This document shows, piece by piece, positions 18,641 to 27,611 of a stretch of DNA of 64,000 nucleotides. Each line of letters starts with the position of its first letter. Position 1 is the first letter of the stretch. The notes below the pieces were generated by a model. The model saw only the letters and a program-made list of their open reading frames with translations, was not told where the DNA came from and searched no databases. The stretch spans positions 16,429-80,428 of IMG/VR virus record IMGVR_UViG_2524023210_000007; one strand, 5' to 3'. Origin of the DNA: a virus. Lineage: Duplodnaviria > Heunggongvirae > Uroviricota > Caudoviricetes. The translations under genes were made by a program, and so were the position numbers.

Positions 18641-18695
18641 TAGGCTGGTTGTGGAGGGGGTGTCGAGCAAGTCCAGATCTCCCGTGGCAGGGAGA

Positions 18696-18714
18696 TTGAA
18701 AGCATAGCTTACAA
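18696..18714. promoter_or_regulatory. putative repressor operator OL-a (TTGAAAGCATAGCTTaCAA)
   Basis: near-perfect copy of the 19-bp palindrome found between repressor and cro; lies in AT-rich divergent intergenic region. Confidence 0.45.
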
Positions 18715-18731
18715 AACGATGCAAGCAGAAA

Positions 18732-18750
18732 ATGAAAGTATTGCTTTCAA
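18732..18750. promoter_or_regulatory. putative repressor operator OL-b (aTGAAAGtATTGCTTTCAA)
   Basis: degenerate copy of same palindrome, 36 bp centre-to-centre from OL-a. Confidence 0.35.
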
Positions 18751-18828
18751 AATGTTTGGCGAGGTAGGCTGAGGCCTCATCGGCGCCTTTAAGGCCCGAA
18801 TCGTCGCCCTCCAACTTTTCGGCTCGGG

Positions 18829-19734
18829 ATGCCTGATCGCGGCTACATCAAGCTCTACCGCTCAATCTGGGATCACCCAGCATTTCCGAACGAACCGTAC
18901 ACGCGTCGTGAGGCATGGACCTGGCTAATCAGCAAGGCTGCGTGGAGGGCGACACGTGTCAGAGCAGGCGAACACATCGTCGACCTAGATCGCGGTGAAG
19001 TGCCCGGCGCCGTGCGCTATCTCGCGGCGAAATGGCAATGGAGCAAAGGCAAAGTGGAGCGCTTTCTTGAGTCGCTCAAAAACGAGCACATGATCGAGAC
19101 GCGATCCGGGACAGGGATCACGGTCATAACAATATGCAATTACAACAGTTATCAGGGTGGGGATGATGATGACGGGACGCCGGCGTTCCCGGAAGCGGGA
19201 CGCGATCGGGACGCGACCGGGACAGGATCGGGACAGAGGCGGGACGCAGGCGAGGACAATAGAAAAGAAATAAAACATTCAAGAAAGGAAGAAGGGGAAG
19301 AAGGGAATAGTGCGCTCGGCCGAACGGCCGAGCTTCAGTCCGAGCAGCCATCCTTGCTACAGGACGATGGCATCCCCCCCAATGCCGTACCGGCCAAGCG
19401 AAAGCGCCGGCGGCGGATGACCGAGCCGCTTACGCCGCTAGATCCGACCTGGCGATTGTCTGAGAAAGACCGGCAGTACGCGCGCGACCGCGGCTGGTCG
19501 GATCGCGAAATCGATTTTCAGTTCGAGAAATTCCAGAACCATCACATTGGGAAGGGCAATCTTTGGGCGAAATGGTCTCGAGCCTGGATGACCTGGGTCG
19601 GCAACGGCTACGATTTCCGTGGCAGCCGACCGCATGGCGGTCCCGGCACCCCAATACCGAACCGGGCGGATACAGCGATCGAGGGGATGATGCGAGGCCT
19701 AACGGAAGAGGATTATTTTGCGCGAGATCGATAA
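18829..19734 (+). CDS. phage replication/replisome-organizer-like protein (N-terminal winged helix)
   Basis: N-terminus (YTRREAWTWL...RYLAAKWQWSKGKVERFLESL) resembles phage O/replisome-organizer winged helix; acidic/basic low-complexity middle; W-rich C-terminus. Confidence 0.4.
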   Translation: MPDRGYIKLYRSIWDHPAFPNEPYTRREAWTWLISKAAWRATRVRAGEHIVDLDRGEVPGAVRYLAAKWQWSKGKVERFLESLKNEHMIETRSGTGITVITICNYNSYQGGDDDDGTPAFPEAGRDRDATGTGSGQRRDAGEDNRKEIKHSRKEEGEEGNSALGRTAELQSEQPSLLQDDGIPPNAVPAKRKRRRRMTEPLTPLDPTWRLSEKDRQYARDRGWSDREIDFQFEKFQNHHIGKGNLWAKWSRAWMTWVGNGYDFRGSRPHGGPGTPIPNRADTAIEGMMRGLTEEDYFARDR

Positions 19735-20233
19735 GAGGCCGGCGCGGGCAGGGGAGGTATCCGTGCCAACATTCGGAGAACTGGATCCGCTGTTGCGCGA
19801 GCTGGCCGCCGCCCGCGAAGCGGCAGCCGTGGCGCAGTCCCCCACACCGGAACTGCTCGTCATGCTCGACGCCGCCATCGCCATCTCGGCTCAGCATGCG
19901 GATCGGTTGGCGGAGGCCACAAGAGCAATCCCGCGGGCCGGTGTCGTGGCCTATCTCGGATTGCTGCTCAAGGCCTATCCCAACCCGGGAAGCCAGGATG
20001 CGGCGATCTTCGGCGGGTTCATGAGGGATGACGTGATGTCGCTTGAACCGTCATTCGGCGCGGTCGAGATGGCGTGCCGGCGCTGGCGACGGAAGTCGAA
20101 GTTTCTGCCCGCGATCGCTGAAATGATGCTCGAGGTGAAGGTGGCCAATGACGAACTCAACGGCGCGGCCGATTTCGTCCGGAGGCTGCCAAGACTACGC
20201 GCGGCCTGCGCGGCCACCCTCAGTTCGTCTTGA
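19718..20233 (+). CDS. hypothetical protein
   Basis: track ORF, overlaps the end of the preceding gene. Confidence 0.4.
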   Translation: MREIDKRPARAGEVSVPTFGELDPLLRELAAAREAAAVAQSPTPELLVMLDAAIAISAQHADRLAEATRAIPRAGVVAYLGLLLKAYPNPGSQDAAIFGGFMRDDVMSLEPSFGAVEMACRRWRRKSKFLPAIAEMMLEVKVANDELNGAADFVRRLPRLRAACAATLSSS

Positions 20234-20621
20234 TCGGTAGCGGCAACGCGCCGAAGGTCCCGTAATTCGGGAGTAGGGTGCACATCCAGCCACCGGCGTC
20301 GAGGCGCAGGCAGGACGCCAGGATCTGGAGCGAAGGGTTTGGATCCGGCACGCGGATGTAGAATAGCTTACGATCGCCCGTCGTTTTCGACCCAATGAGC
20401 GTCGTCTTGTGGTGTGCGAAGTACGACGCGTACTTGGCGTTCATCGCCCGTTTGACAGTTTCGAAGCTGAGACCCTGATCGGTCTCCTTCGGCTTCTCGG
20501 CGTTGGCCTTGTCGAAGCAGGCCAGGCGGGCCGACGCGTCGGAGATTTCCTTGCAACTCTCGCCGCGCGCGCCGGCGCCAAGACTGATCAGGATGACGCC
20601 AACGAGGAATGATCTCGACAT
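20220..20621 (-). CDS. small secreted Cys-containing protein (signal peptide)
   Basis: internal ATG gives MSRSFLVGVILISLGAGARG signal peptide; upstream part of track ORF is AT-rich intergenic. Confidence 0.5.
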   Translation of the reverse strand: MSRSFLVGVILISLGAGARGESCKEISDASARLACFDKANAEKPKETDQGLSFETVKRAMNAKYASYFAHHKTTLIGSKTTGDRKLFYIRVPDPNPSLQILASCLRLDAGGWMCTLLPNYGTFGALPLPIKTN

Positions 20622-20907
20622 TGAAGCCGTGGCCGCCCTGGCTCCTGCAGTGCGAGCAGAAGAGGTGAGACCCGAGCATGTCGATCGTCGTGTCTGGAGA
20701 GATCCCGTAATATTCAACATCGTCTTCGGTCCAGACCGTACCGTGACCACAATCGCTGCATGAAATTTCGAGAAAAGGCTGCGAGACAACGGTTTTCGCA
20801 GTATTGCCGCCCATGAACGCCCCGGTATCGACTGGTTGTTTTGGGGCATGATTAAATCGTTTTGGGCGAGAGTCGAATCGATTCTTGGGCGACTATCTTT
20901 GGTAGAG

Positions 20908-21630
20908 TCAGCCCTCACCGGTGCCCACGATCTTGTGGACTGAAACCACGCTCGAGCGACGGAAACGCATCTCGCGATCTTCGCCTTCCGGTGGGTTCAA
21001 TTGCTCCACGACTAATTCCGTAGCGCTATACCGCTTGAACCGCTTAACGTATCCTGAGAACTCGCCGTCGTCTTCGCGGATCTTGATAACGACATCATCG
21101 CCAGGAGCGACGGGCCGGTGCGGATTGACGTGGAGTATCTCTCCAGGCCTGAACCGCTCAAGCATGGAGTCGCCATGCGCGTAAACGGCGTAGGCATCGT
21201 TGACAGCTTCCAAGCTCGGCGGAGCGAAAATCTCACCGACCTGGTGCTCGTTGAGGATGAATCGCCCGTTCCCGATGTCGCCCATCACAGCCTGTCCCCG
21301 GATAGGTATTCTTTGCCGCGTTTGCCTCGGAAGCGGCGGAGCAGATGAAGCATTGGGGGCGGCCCGTCCCGGTCGTTGCGTCGGAGCGGAGAGTGGCGGA
21401 GCGGCCTGCGCGCTGCCTTCGCCGTCGGCAATGAACTCGACCGTCGAGTTAAGCACTTTGGCCAATGCGACCAGGTTCTTGCTGTCGATCCCCTTGTTGA
21501 GCTCCCAGTTACCGACTGCTCCGCGCGTGATCTTGGTCCTGGTCTCGCGCGAAATCTCGTCGGCGAGCTCTTCCTGCGTGAGCTTCGCCACCTTCCTTAA
21601 GTGTTTGATCCGAGAGCCAATAGTGTTCAT
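20908..21630 (-). CDS. CI/LexA-like phage repressor (HTH_XRE + S24 peptidase)
   Basis: HTH IKHLRKVAKLTQEELADEI, S24 motifs GDSM and VKRF; divergent from cro-like gene. Confidence 0.8.
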   Translation of the reverse strand: MNTIGSRIKHLRKVAKLTQEELADEISRETRTKITRGAVGNWELNKGIDSKNLVALAKVLNSTVEFIADGEGSAQAAPPLSAPTQRPGRAAPNASSAPPLPRQTRQRIPIRGQAVMGDIGNGRFILNEHQVGEIFAPPSLEAVNDAYAVYAHGDSMLERFRPGEILHVNPHRPVAPGDDVVIKIREDDGEFSGYVKRFKRYSATELVVEQLNPPEGEDREMRFRRSSVVSVHKIVGTGEG

Positions 21631-21688
21631 TCCCGGACCTTTGCATGGAAAGGGAGATGCAATCACTGACAGAGATGCTTGCATTGTA

Positions 21689-21707
21689 TTGAAAGCTATG
21701 CTTTCAA
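21689..21707. promoter_or_regulatory. putative repressor operator OR (TTGAAAGCTATGCTTTCAA, perfect 8-N3-8 palindrome)
   Basis: located in the 84-bp gap between repressor and cro-like gene. Confidence 0.5.
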
Positions 21708-21713
21708 TTCGAG

Positions 21714-22010
21714 ATGGCCGACACGCACCGAAAATCCGCCGACGAGATCAAAACCGCCGCTCTCCGAAAGGTGAAATCCGCCTTCCGGGGCGCCACGGGC
21801 CTGTCTCGCGCGCTTGCGGAGCGCGGTACCAAGCGGCCACCCAGCCCCCAGGCTATCTCGCAGTGGGAGCAAGTGCCGGTCGAGCGCGTCGCCGACGTTG
21901 AATCGGCCACGGGAATCTCTCGTCACCTGCTTCGGCCTGACATCTACGGCCTGCCGAATGACCCCAGCCTCGTGGACTCGCTCTTCGAAGAAGCCGGGGC
22001 GGAGGGCTGA
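21714..22010 (+). CDS. Cro/YdaS-like HTH regulator
   Basis: GATGLSRALAERG...ISQWEQVPVERV...TGISRHLLRPDIY matches YdaS/Cro-type HTH. Confidence 0.65.
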   Translation: MADTHRKSADEIKTAALRKVKSAFRGATGLSRALAERGTKRPPSPQAISQWEQVPVERVADVESATGISRHLLRPDIYGLPNDPSLVDSLFEEAGAEG

Positions 22011-22013
22011 TGC

Positions 22014-22553
22014 ATGTCCCGCCCGCTTGTTTACTTCGCGCAGGCCGGTGACGGCGGCCCTATCAAGATAGGATTCACCTCTGCTGATCCGAGCGATCGG
22101 ATCGCTGCGCTGCAGACGGGATGTCCAACAAGGATATCGCTGCTCGGCTATTTGGCTGGAAGTAAGCGTGACGAAGCTGGCCTCCACCGCCGCTACTCGT
22201 ATCTTCATCTGAGCGGCGAATGGTTTCGCGCAGACGAGAGCCTTATCGAGGCGATTGGCGCAATGCTCCAGCCTGAATTTCAGTGGCCGCCGGAGGAGAG
22301 AGTCGTTTGCGCACGGGCCCTGCCGCTGGAACCGACGATATCCGACATCATCTGGGCAGCAGGCGGCCCATCGAGAATAGCCGAAGCATCGAAAGGTGAG
22401 ATCAGCGTTGATGCCATTCACAAATGGCGCCGCAACGGCATTCGCGATTGGCACTGGGCTCTGTTGATGAGCCTGTGCGACGTTTCCGTCGATCAACTCT
22501 ATCGCGCCAATCTCACTGCGGCGGACTTCAACCGCATGTTGGAGGTCGCATAG
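22014..22553 (+). CDS. T5orf172 (GIY-YIG-like) domain protein
   Basis: N-terminus VYF...GPIKIGFT...RI..LQTGCP..I.LLGY; GGAGGG RBS. Confidence 0.45.
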   Translation: MSRPLVYFAQAGDGGPIKIGFTSADPSDRIAALQTGCPTRISLLGYLAGSKRDEAGLHRRYSYLHLSGEWFRADESLIEAIGAMLQPEFQWPPEERVVCARALPLEPTISDIIWAAGGPSRIAEASKGEISVDAIHKWRRNGIRDWHWALLMSLCDVSVDQLYRANLTAADFNRMLEVA

Positions 22554-22555
22554 CG

Positions 22556-22900
22556 TCATGATGGTTGCTGTCCGTACAACACGCGCAGGGACGCCGCCTT
22601 CGTCGCCAGCCTCGTCGCCTGGTCGATCAGTTCCGGTGCCCGGATTGCCCAATGCGTGTCGGTTCGGCCGCTGGCGTGCATCAACAGGCGTGCCGAAAGG
22701 CGGTCGAGCATGACCGCGGCGCAACTCTTCGGCACCAGCCCGCCATCGATCAGCATCTGCAGCATCGCGTCGAAGGATTCCTCCGCGATCAGCATCCGTG
22801 TTCCGGCCAGGGCGGCGCGCGCCCAGTCATCGTCTTTGATGTCGATCGCCACCGGCGCGGCAATCTCGTTTTTCCTCGGGAAATAGGGGGTGTTCATCAT
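22556..22900 (-). CDS. hypothetical protein (antisense to operon; start uncertain)
   Basis: track ORF 22556..23014 has natural composition, whereas the overlapping plus ORF is R-rich; no clear SD. Confidence 0.3.
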   Translation of the reverse strand: MMNTPYFPRKNEIAAPVAIDIKDDDWARAALAGTRMLIAEESFDAMLQMLIDGGLVPKSCAAVMLDRLSARLLMHASGRTDTHWAIRAPELIDQATRLATKAASLRVLYGQQPS

Positions 22901-23330
22901 GGGAACAACATCGCTCAGCATCGGTCCCGGAGCAAGGAACCACGCTGCAGCTTCCCGCAGTGCCGATTGCAGGAAGCTGCAGTCAGGCAAATTAACCGCT
23001 GAAATCATTCGCATTTCTCAGAACGCGATAAAGGGCGGCAGCTTTCGAAAGATCCTTGCCGACCGCGCGAAGTGCTCGCTGCGTACGATCGATGCGTGGA
23101 TATCGCGCGAGAGCCCCATGGGCTTAGAGCATGTGTTCAATGTGCTCGATGGGCCGGATGGTGTCGCTTGCCTCGAAGCCTTCTGGGAGCAAGTGCCGGA
23201 GCACGTTCGCGATCGATTCCTGGAGCGCCAGATCCTCGAACGAGAACTTCGCGAGGCCGAAGAGAAGATCCGTCGGGTGCGGCGCCAGAGCGAAGACCTC
23301 CAGATCACCATGGACTTGAAGCGGCGTTGA
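22899..23330 (+). CDS. hypothetical regulatory protein
   Basis: AGGGGG RBS 8 nt before ATG; possible HTH KILADRAKCSLRTIDAWI; coiled-coil C-terminus. Confidence 0.45.
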   Translation: MGTTSLSIGPGARNHAAASRSADCRKLQSGKLTAEIIRISQNAIKGGSFRKILADRAKCSLRTIDAWISRESPMGLEHVFNVLDGPDGVACLEAFWEQVPEHVRDRFLERQILERELREAEEKIRRVRRQSEDLQITMDLKRR

Positions 23331-23575
23331 CTGTGTACGCGCCGCGCGGCTCGCGGCAATCGAGTTTCTACAGGTTCACCGTGTTCGACACTCTTGCCGC
23401 GATCGCTGCCATCATCGCGGGTTTCTGCAAGCAGCGGACAGACCGCCATGCCGAGCGCGGCGAATTGTGGTCGGCGCGCGCCTGGCTTTGGCTAGATATC
23501 GAACGCTGGCTTCGCCTTCGCTGCGTGAAGACGCTCGCGGAAATTCGCGCCAACCGCGAGGCCATGAAGCGATGA
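23327..23575 (+). CDS. small membrane protein (TTG/GTG start)
   Basis: TTG overlaps preceding stop; TM segment FTVFDTLAAIAAIIAGF; N-terminal part of track ORF 23072..23575 is R-rich and rejected. Confidence 0.3.
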   Translation: MTVYAPRGSRQSSFYRFTVFDTLAAIAAIIAGFCKQRTDRHAERGELWSARAWLWLDIERWLRLRCVKTLAEIRANREAMKR

Positions 23576-24168
23576 CGGAATTGACCTGGACCGACGAACG
23601 CGTCGAACAACTGAAGAATCTTTTCGCGGCCGGACTTTCCTCGAGCCAGATCGCTGCCGAACTCGGCGGAGGCATCAGCCGCAATGCCGTAATCGGCAAG
23701 GTTCATCGGCTTGGGCTCAATGGCCTCCCGCGGAAAGAGCCGTCGCCGGCGCCACGCGCTGGAAGGCGGCCATCCACCAAACGGTTTATTCGCATCGAGC
23801 GACCAGAGCCCAAGAAAGAAATCATTGTCGATGAGCATGCCGCGAACATGCCCGATGTGATCAATCCGGATGCGGTCAGCGCATTCGATGCCACGATTCC
23901 GGTCGCGCGTCGCAAGGGTCTCATGGATCTGCGGAAGTGTGATTGTCGGTGGCCGGTCGGAGATCCTGCGTCCCCGGATTTCTTCTTCTGCGGTGGCCCT
24001 ACCAAGAGCGGTTTGCCGTACTGCGAGCCTCATTGCCGCGTCGCATATAAGGATGCGGCCCAGCGGCGCCAGGAGCGGGGGCTACTTTCATCCGAGGAGA
24101 AGGCTCGTCGCGTCATGCAAGGAAAGGCACGCGCCGAGCGGATGCGCAGACAGGCGGCCGCAGAATGA
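23572..24168 (+). CDS. gcrA: GcrA-family cell-cycle regulator
   Basis: WTDERVEQLKNLFAAGLSSSQIAAELGGGISRNAVIGKVHRLGL and C-terminal C.W..GDP...FFFCG...GLPYC GcrA signature. Confidence 0.8.
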   Translation: MTELTWTDERVEQLKNLFAAGLSSSQIAAELGGGISRNAVIGKVHRLGLNGLPRKEPSPAPRAGRRPSTKRFIRIERPEPKKEIIVDEHAANMPDVINPDAVSAFDATIPVARRKGLMDLRKCDCRWPVGDPASPDFFFCGGPTKSGLPYCEPHCRVAYKDAAQRRQERGLLSSEEKARRVMQGKARAERMRRQAAAE

Positions 24169-24401
24169 CCGCCCCGACCATCATGCAGGACTATGCCCGC
24201 AAGGAGTGCATTGTATCGCTTATGGTGGTCGAGCATGCCGGTGGCAAGGCCGCGGCCAACTTGGTCGTCGAAGCTCACCTTCAAGCAATCGCAACCTACC
24301 TCAAGGGTTCGATCGGCCCGCGCGCGGCCTACGACGTTTTCAGCAGGCATGCCGACGAGATCATTCGGCCGACCCTTGATAACTCGAGGGCGGCACCATG
24401 A
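24165..24401 (+). CDS. hypothetical protein (78 aa)
   Basis: track ORF; ATGA overlap with gcrA stop. Confidence 0.4.
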   Translation: MTAPTIMQDYARKECIVSLMVVEHAGGKAAANLVVEAHLQAIATYLKGSIGPRAAYDVFSRHADEIIRPTLDNSRAAP

Positions 24402-24754
24402 TGGGTCTTACCGCGGTCCAATCACGCTGCTTGGTGTTCGTGCGCGACCGGATTGCGGAGCGCGGCGTGTCACCTTCGTACCGGGAAATCGCCGATCACC
24501 TCGGTATCAAGAGCAAGGGACAGGTCTCGAAGATCGTCGACGAGCTCGCCACGCGAGGCGCCCTGGTCCGGATCCGCAACAAGGCCAGGACGCTGGCGCT
24601 GCCTGAGCCCGTCGCCGGATCTGGTCTCCTCGTCAAGCCGCATCCGGAAGTTCGCCGGGCAATCGAGGCCTACGCGCGCCAGCACCACATCAGCGTCCGG
24701 ACGGCAGCCGAAGAGGCCCTCCATGTCTATTTTGTGGATGCGGCCGCCCAATGA
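24398..24754 (+). CDS. LexA N-terminal DNA-binding-domain-like protein (no peptidase domain)
   Basis: LTAVQSRCLVFVRDRIAERGVSPSYREIADHLGIKSKGQVSKIVDELATRGALVR resembles LexA_DNA_bind winged helix. Confidence 0.55.
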   Translation: MMGLTAVQSRCLVFVRDRIAERGVSPSYREIADHLGIKSKGQVSKIVDELATRGALVRIRNKARTLALPEPVAGSGLLVKPHPEVRRAIEAYARQHHISVRTAAEEALHVYFVDAAAQ

Positions 24755-25125
24755 GCGCGATCATCCAAAAGCTGCGCGATCGCATCGCCGACCTCGAGGA
24801 GGAAGTCCGCCAACTCCGCGAAGAGTTGTCGGGCGATAGGTTTAGCTTCCCCGCGGAGTGGAAGCTGGCGCGCCAGGAACGGCTGGCATTGAGCTCGCTC
24901 TATGCATCACGCGCAGGATATCGCTCGACGAACGCCCTCCATAGCGTGATCTCGCGATCGAGCGCGGATACCCAGCCGCAAATGGTGATCACGATCGTCT
25001 ACCGGCTTCGCCATAAGGTTGAGCCGTTCGGCGTATCGATCGAGGCCCGCCGGGGCGCCGGCTACGCCTTGACGGCGGCCGGCCGGAAGAACCTCAGCAA
25101 GTTCGTGATCGAGGCGAGGCGCTGA
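24751..25125 (+). CDS. winged-helix protein (OmpR-C-like)
   Basis: VYRLRHKVEPFGVSIEARRGAGYAL resembles OmpR/PhoB C-terminal wing. Confidence 0.35.
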   Translation: MSAIIQKLRDRIADLEEEVRQLREELSGDRFSFPAEWKLARQERLALSSLYASRAGYRSTNALHSVISRSSADTQPQMVITIVYRLRHKVEPFGVSIEARRGAGYALTAAGRKNLSKFVIEARR

Positions 25126-25127
25126 GC

Positions 25128-25796
25128 ATGATCATCAACATCGATCACTTGAAGCGTTTGGCTGCAGACCCTAGCCACGCACTCGAACTCGGTAAGGCCG
25201 CCGAGCACATCGTATGTGCCGATTTGATCCTGAAGGGGTATCGCTGCTACCTGAGTGATCAGGGCCTCCCATATGATCTCGTCGTCGACCTCAAAATCCG
25301 GCTTATTCGGGTCCAGGTAAAGGCCTGCTGCTTTGCGCGCGGACGCAATGCCGGCCGTAAAGAACTGAGGTTCGCCTACTCGTGGAGTATCCGCCAGCGC
25401 GGGCGAGGTCGAAAGGGAGCGCGCCTGAGCGCCGAGCACTGTGATGTTGTGGCGCTCGTCGCGCTCGACATCGGCGTCACCGCATATCTTCCACTCGAAC
25501 TCTGTGGGCAAGGACTACGGCTCGAGCCGCCTGGTTCGCCGCTAAGCGCTTCGTTCACCTCTGGATCGCGATGGGCTCGAAATGTAGACCAATTTCCTTT
25601 CGAGGAAGCGATCGGAGGTGATCTGTCAAGCTACAAGGCAAGCCGCGGCGCGCACACGCATTGCATCCATGGGCACGAACTGACAGCCGATAACATCTAT
25701 GTTGACGCTCGCGGCAACCGCCTGTGCCGCAAATGCATCAGCGCGCGTAGCAAGTCCTATCTGGAGCGAAAGCGAGCCAAGGGAGCTCAAGAATGA
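25128..25796 (+). CDS. nuclease fusion: PD-(D/E)XK-like N-domain + HNH C-domain
   Basis: GKAAEHIVCADLILKGY...YDLVVDL...IRVQVKA (Hjc-like) and CIHGHELTADNIYVDARGNRLCRKC (HNH). Confidence 0.5.
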   Translation: MIINIDHLKRLAADPSHALELGKAAEHIVCADLILKGYRCYLSDQGLPYDLVVDLKIRLIRVQVKACCFARGRNAGRKELRFAYSWSIRQRGRGRKGARLSAEHCDVVALVALDIGVTAYLPLELCGQGLRLEPPGSPLSASFTSGSRWARNVDQFPFEEAIGGDLSSYKASRGAHTHCIHGHELTADNIYVDARGNRLCRKCISARSKSYLERKRAKGAQE

Positions 25797-26473
25797 GCAC
25801 CTGGTATTTCGACCCGCTCCCGATGTTCGGATTTGACGTAGTGGACGTTGACCCTCCGACGCACTTCCAACTTTATTCCGAGAAGGGCAACAGAAAGTCG
25901 GCATCGGCACAGTACGACATCATGTCGTGGGATGATCTGGCAAAGATGCCGGTTGGCCATCTCGTGCGCGGCAACGGCATCATCACGCTTTGGGCTTGCC
26001 CACCGACGCTCGAGCAATCGCTTTGGCTGTTGAGACAGTGGGGCGCCCGCTTCAAGACTGAGCTCGTGTGGCCAAAGGGGCGCATGACGACGGGCTATCG
26101 GTCGCGCGGCATGCACGAGTCCGTTTTGCTCGGCGTGTTCGGCGACGAGCACCAGATCCACGACGCGCTTTACGGCGTGATCAAGGGTAAAGCGCGCGGT
26201 CATTCCCAAAAGCCGCGCGAGTGGTACGCGCACCTCCGCAAGAAGACGCCGGGCCTCAGCCGGTTGTGCCTTTTTTCGCGTGAAAGCCATGAGGGATACA
26301 CGCACTGGGGCAACGAGGTCGGCCTACTCGACAACGATGTGAAGCTCGCTCGTCAGCAGAAAGAGAAAGTAATCGCGCCGACGCCTCTCTTCGATCGATT
26401 GGGAGAGGCGGCCCCGACCAGCGGATGCATCGAGCCTATCGAATTCGCGCGAGCGAATGAACTGCTGTTGTAA
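25793..26473 (+). CDS. MT-A70-family adenine methyltransferase
   Basis: VVDVDPPT (DPPW-like), ELVWPKGRMTTGYRSRGMHESVLLGVFG, SQKPREWY. Confidence 0.65.
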   Translation: MSTWYFDPLPMFGFDVVDVDPPTHFQLYSEKGNRKSASAQYDIMSWDDLAKMPVGHLVRGNGIITLWACPPTLEQSLWLLRQWGARFKTELVWPKGRMTTGYRSRGMHESVLLGVFGDEHQIHDALYGVIKGKARGHSQKPREWYAHLRKKTPGLSRLCLFSRESHEGYTHWGNEVGLLDNDVKLARQQKEKVIAPTPLFDRLGEAAPTSGCIEPIEFARANELLL

Positions 26474-26492
26474 CCCCAACCGGAGGACTGCT

Positions 26493-27032
26493 ATGACCAC
26501 TGAGCCGCCCAAAAATGAATATCCGCAACTCTCAATCGATGCCGTGAGCATCGCGCTGATCCGTGAGGCAAAACGGGTCAAGGACAAGAAGCAGGGCGAG
26601 TTGCGCGCCGCCTACACCACCGCTGATCTCCGCGGGCTTGACACCGAGGCGGCGAAGGTCGCGATAAAGCTCGTCGAGGACGGCAGCGAAGCTATCGATG
26701 CCTACTTCAATCAATTCAAGAAGGTCGGCGAGTACATCGGCGTGATGGGCAAGGTGTTGGCGCCTGCCCAGTACGAGATGTTCGGGCCCAAGATTGGACC
26801 GGTCCCAGAGGACGAGCGCGCGAAGCGTGAAGGACGTGCCGCCGGCTTCTCCCTTGACCCGGAAACTTCCGACAAGAGCAACCCTTACGACATCGGCTCC
26901 ATCAAAGGCCAGCAGTGGCTCAGGGCCTTCGACGACGCCCGACAGGAGCGCGATAGCATCATGTCAATGCAACCGCCGGCGCCGGAAGGGGCTGCGGCAA
27001 AGAGCGACGGCGAAGAGGACGGCGGGGCCTGA
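26493..27032 (+). CDS. hypothetical protein
   Basis: GGAGG RBS before internal ATG (MTTEPPKN). Confidence 0.45.
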   Translation: MTTEPPKNEYPQLSIDAVSIALIREAKRVKDKKQGELRAAYTTADLRGLDTEAAKVAIKLVEDGSEAIDAYFNQFKKVGEYIGVMGKVLAPAQYEMFGPKIGPVPEDERAKREGRAAGFSLDPETSDKSNPYDIGSIKGQQWLRAFDDARQERDSIMSMQPPAPEGAAAKSDGEEDGGA

Positions 27033-27038
27033 CCCTAA

Positions 27039-27611
27039 ATGCGCATCCTGGGCATGGACATCGCGACGACCACCGGCCTCTGCATGCTGGACGGTGATCG
27101 CTATGTCTTTGCCCGGGCGTTCCACTGGGAAGGGAAATACTCCGGCCAGGTTTTCAGGCACTTCAGAAAGACGCTCTACAAGATCGTCGAGGACAACCGC
27201 ATCGAGTATGGCGCCGCCGAAGAGCCACTGCGCACGGATATCGAGATCAAGGGTAAACCAACCGAGGACAAGCCAGAGCCGGAGTCGACGCGCCCTCCTA
27301 TGAAGACGTTCCAGCGCATTTACGGTCTGTGCGCAATCGCGGAGGAGGTCTTTGAGGCGCACAAGGTCCCGTTCAAATATGTCAACCAGGGAACATGGCG
27401 AAAGGCCTTCACCGGAAACGGCCGCGCAACGAAGAATGACTCGCTCGCCTACGCCCAACTGATCGACAAGACGATCACCTCACTCGACGCCGCCGAGAGC
27501 CTCGGCGTGGCGTGGTGGCTTCGTGGCCATCTCGATCCGCGCTTCGCATCACCGCGCGGCGATCTCTTCGAACCGACGCTCATACCGACACGAAAGGAGA
27601 CGCCATTTTGA
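27039..27611 (+). CDS. RuvC-like Holliday junction resolvase
   Basis: MRILGMDIATTTGL N-terminal RuvC motif. Confidence 0.7.
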   Translation: MRILGMDIATTTGLCMLDGDRYVFARAFHWEGKYSGQVFRHFRKTLYKIVEDNRIEYGAAEEPLRTDIEIKGKPTEDKPEPESTRPPMKTFQRIYGLCAIAEEVFEAHKVPFKYVNQGTWRKAFTGNGRATKNDSLAYAQLIDKTITSLDAAESLGVAWWLRGHLDPRFASPRGDLFEPTLIPTRKETPF

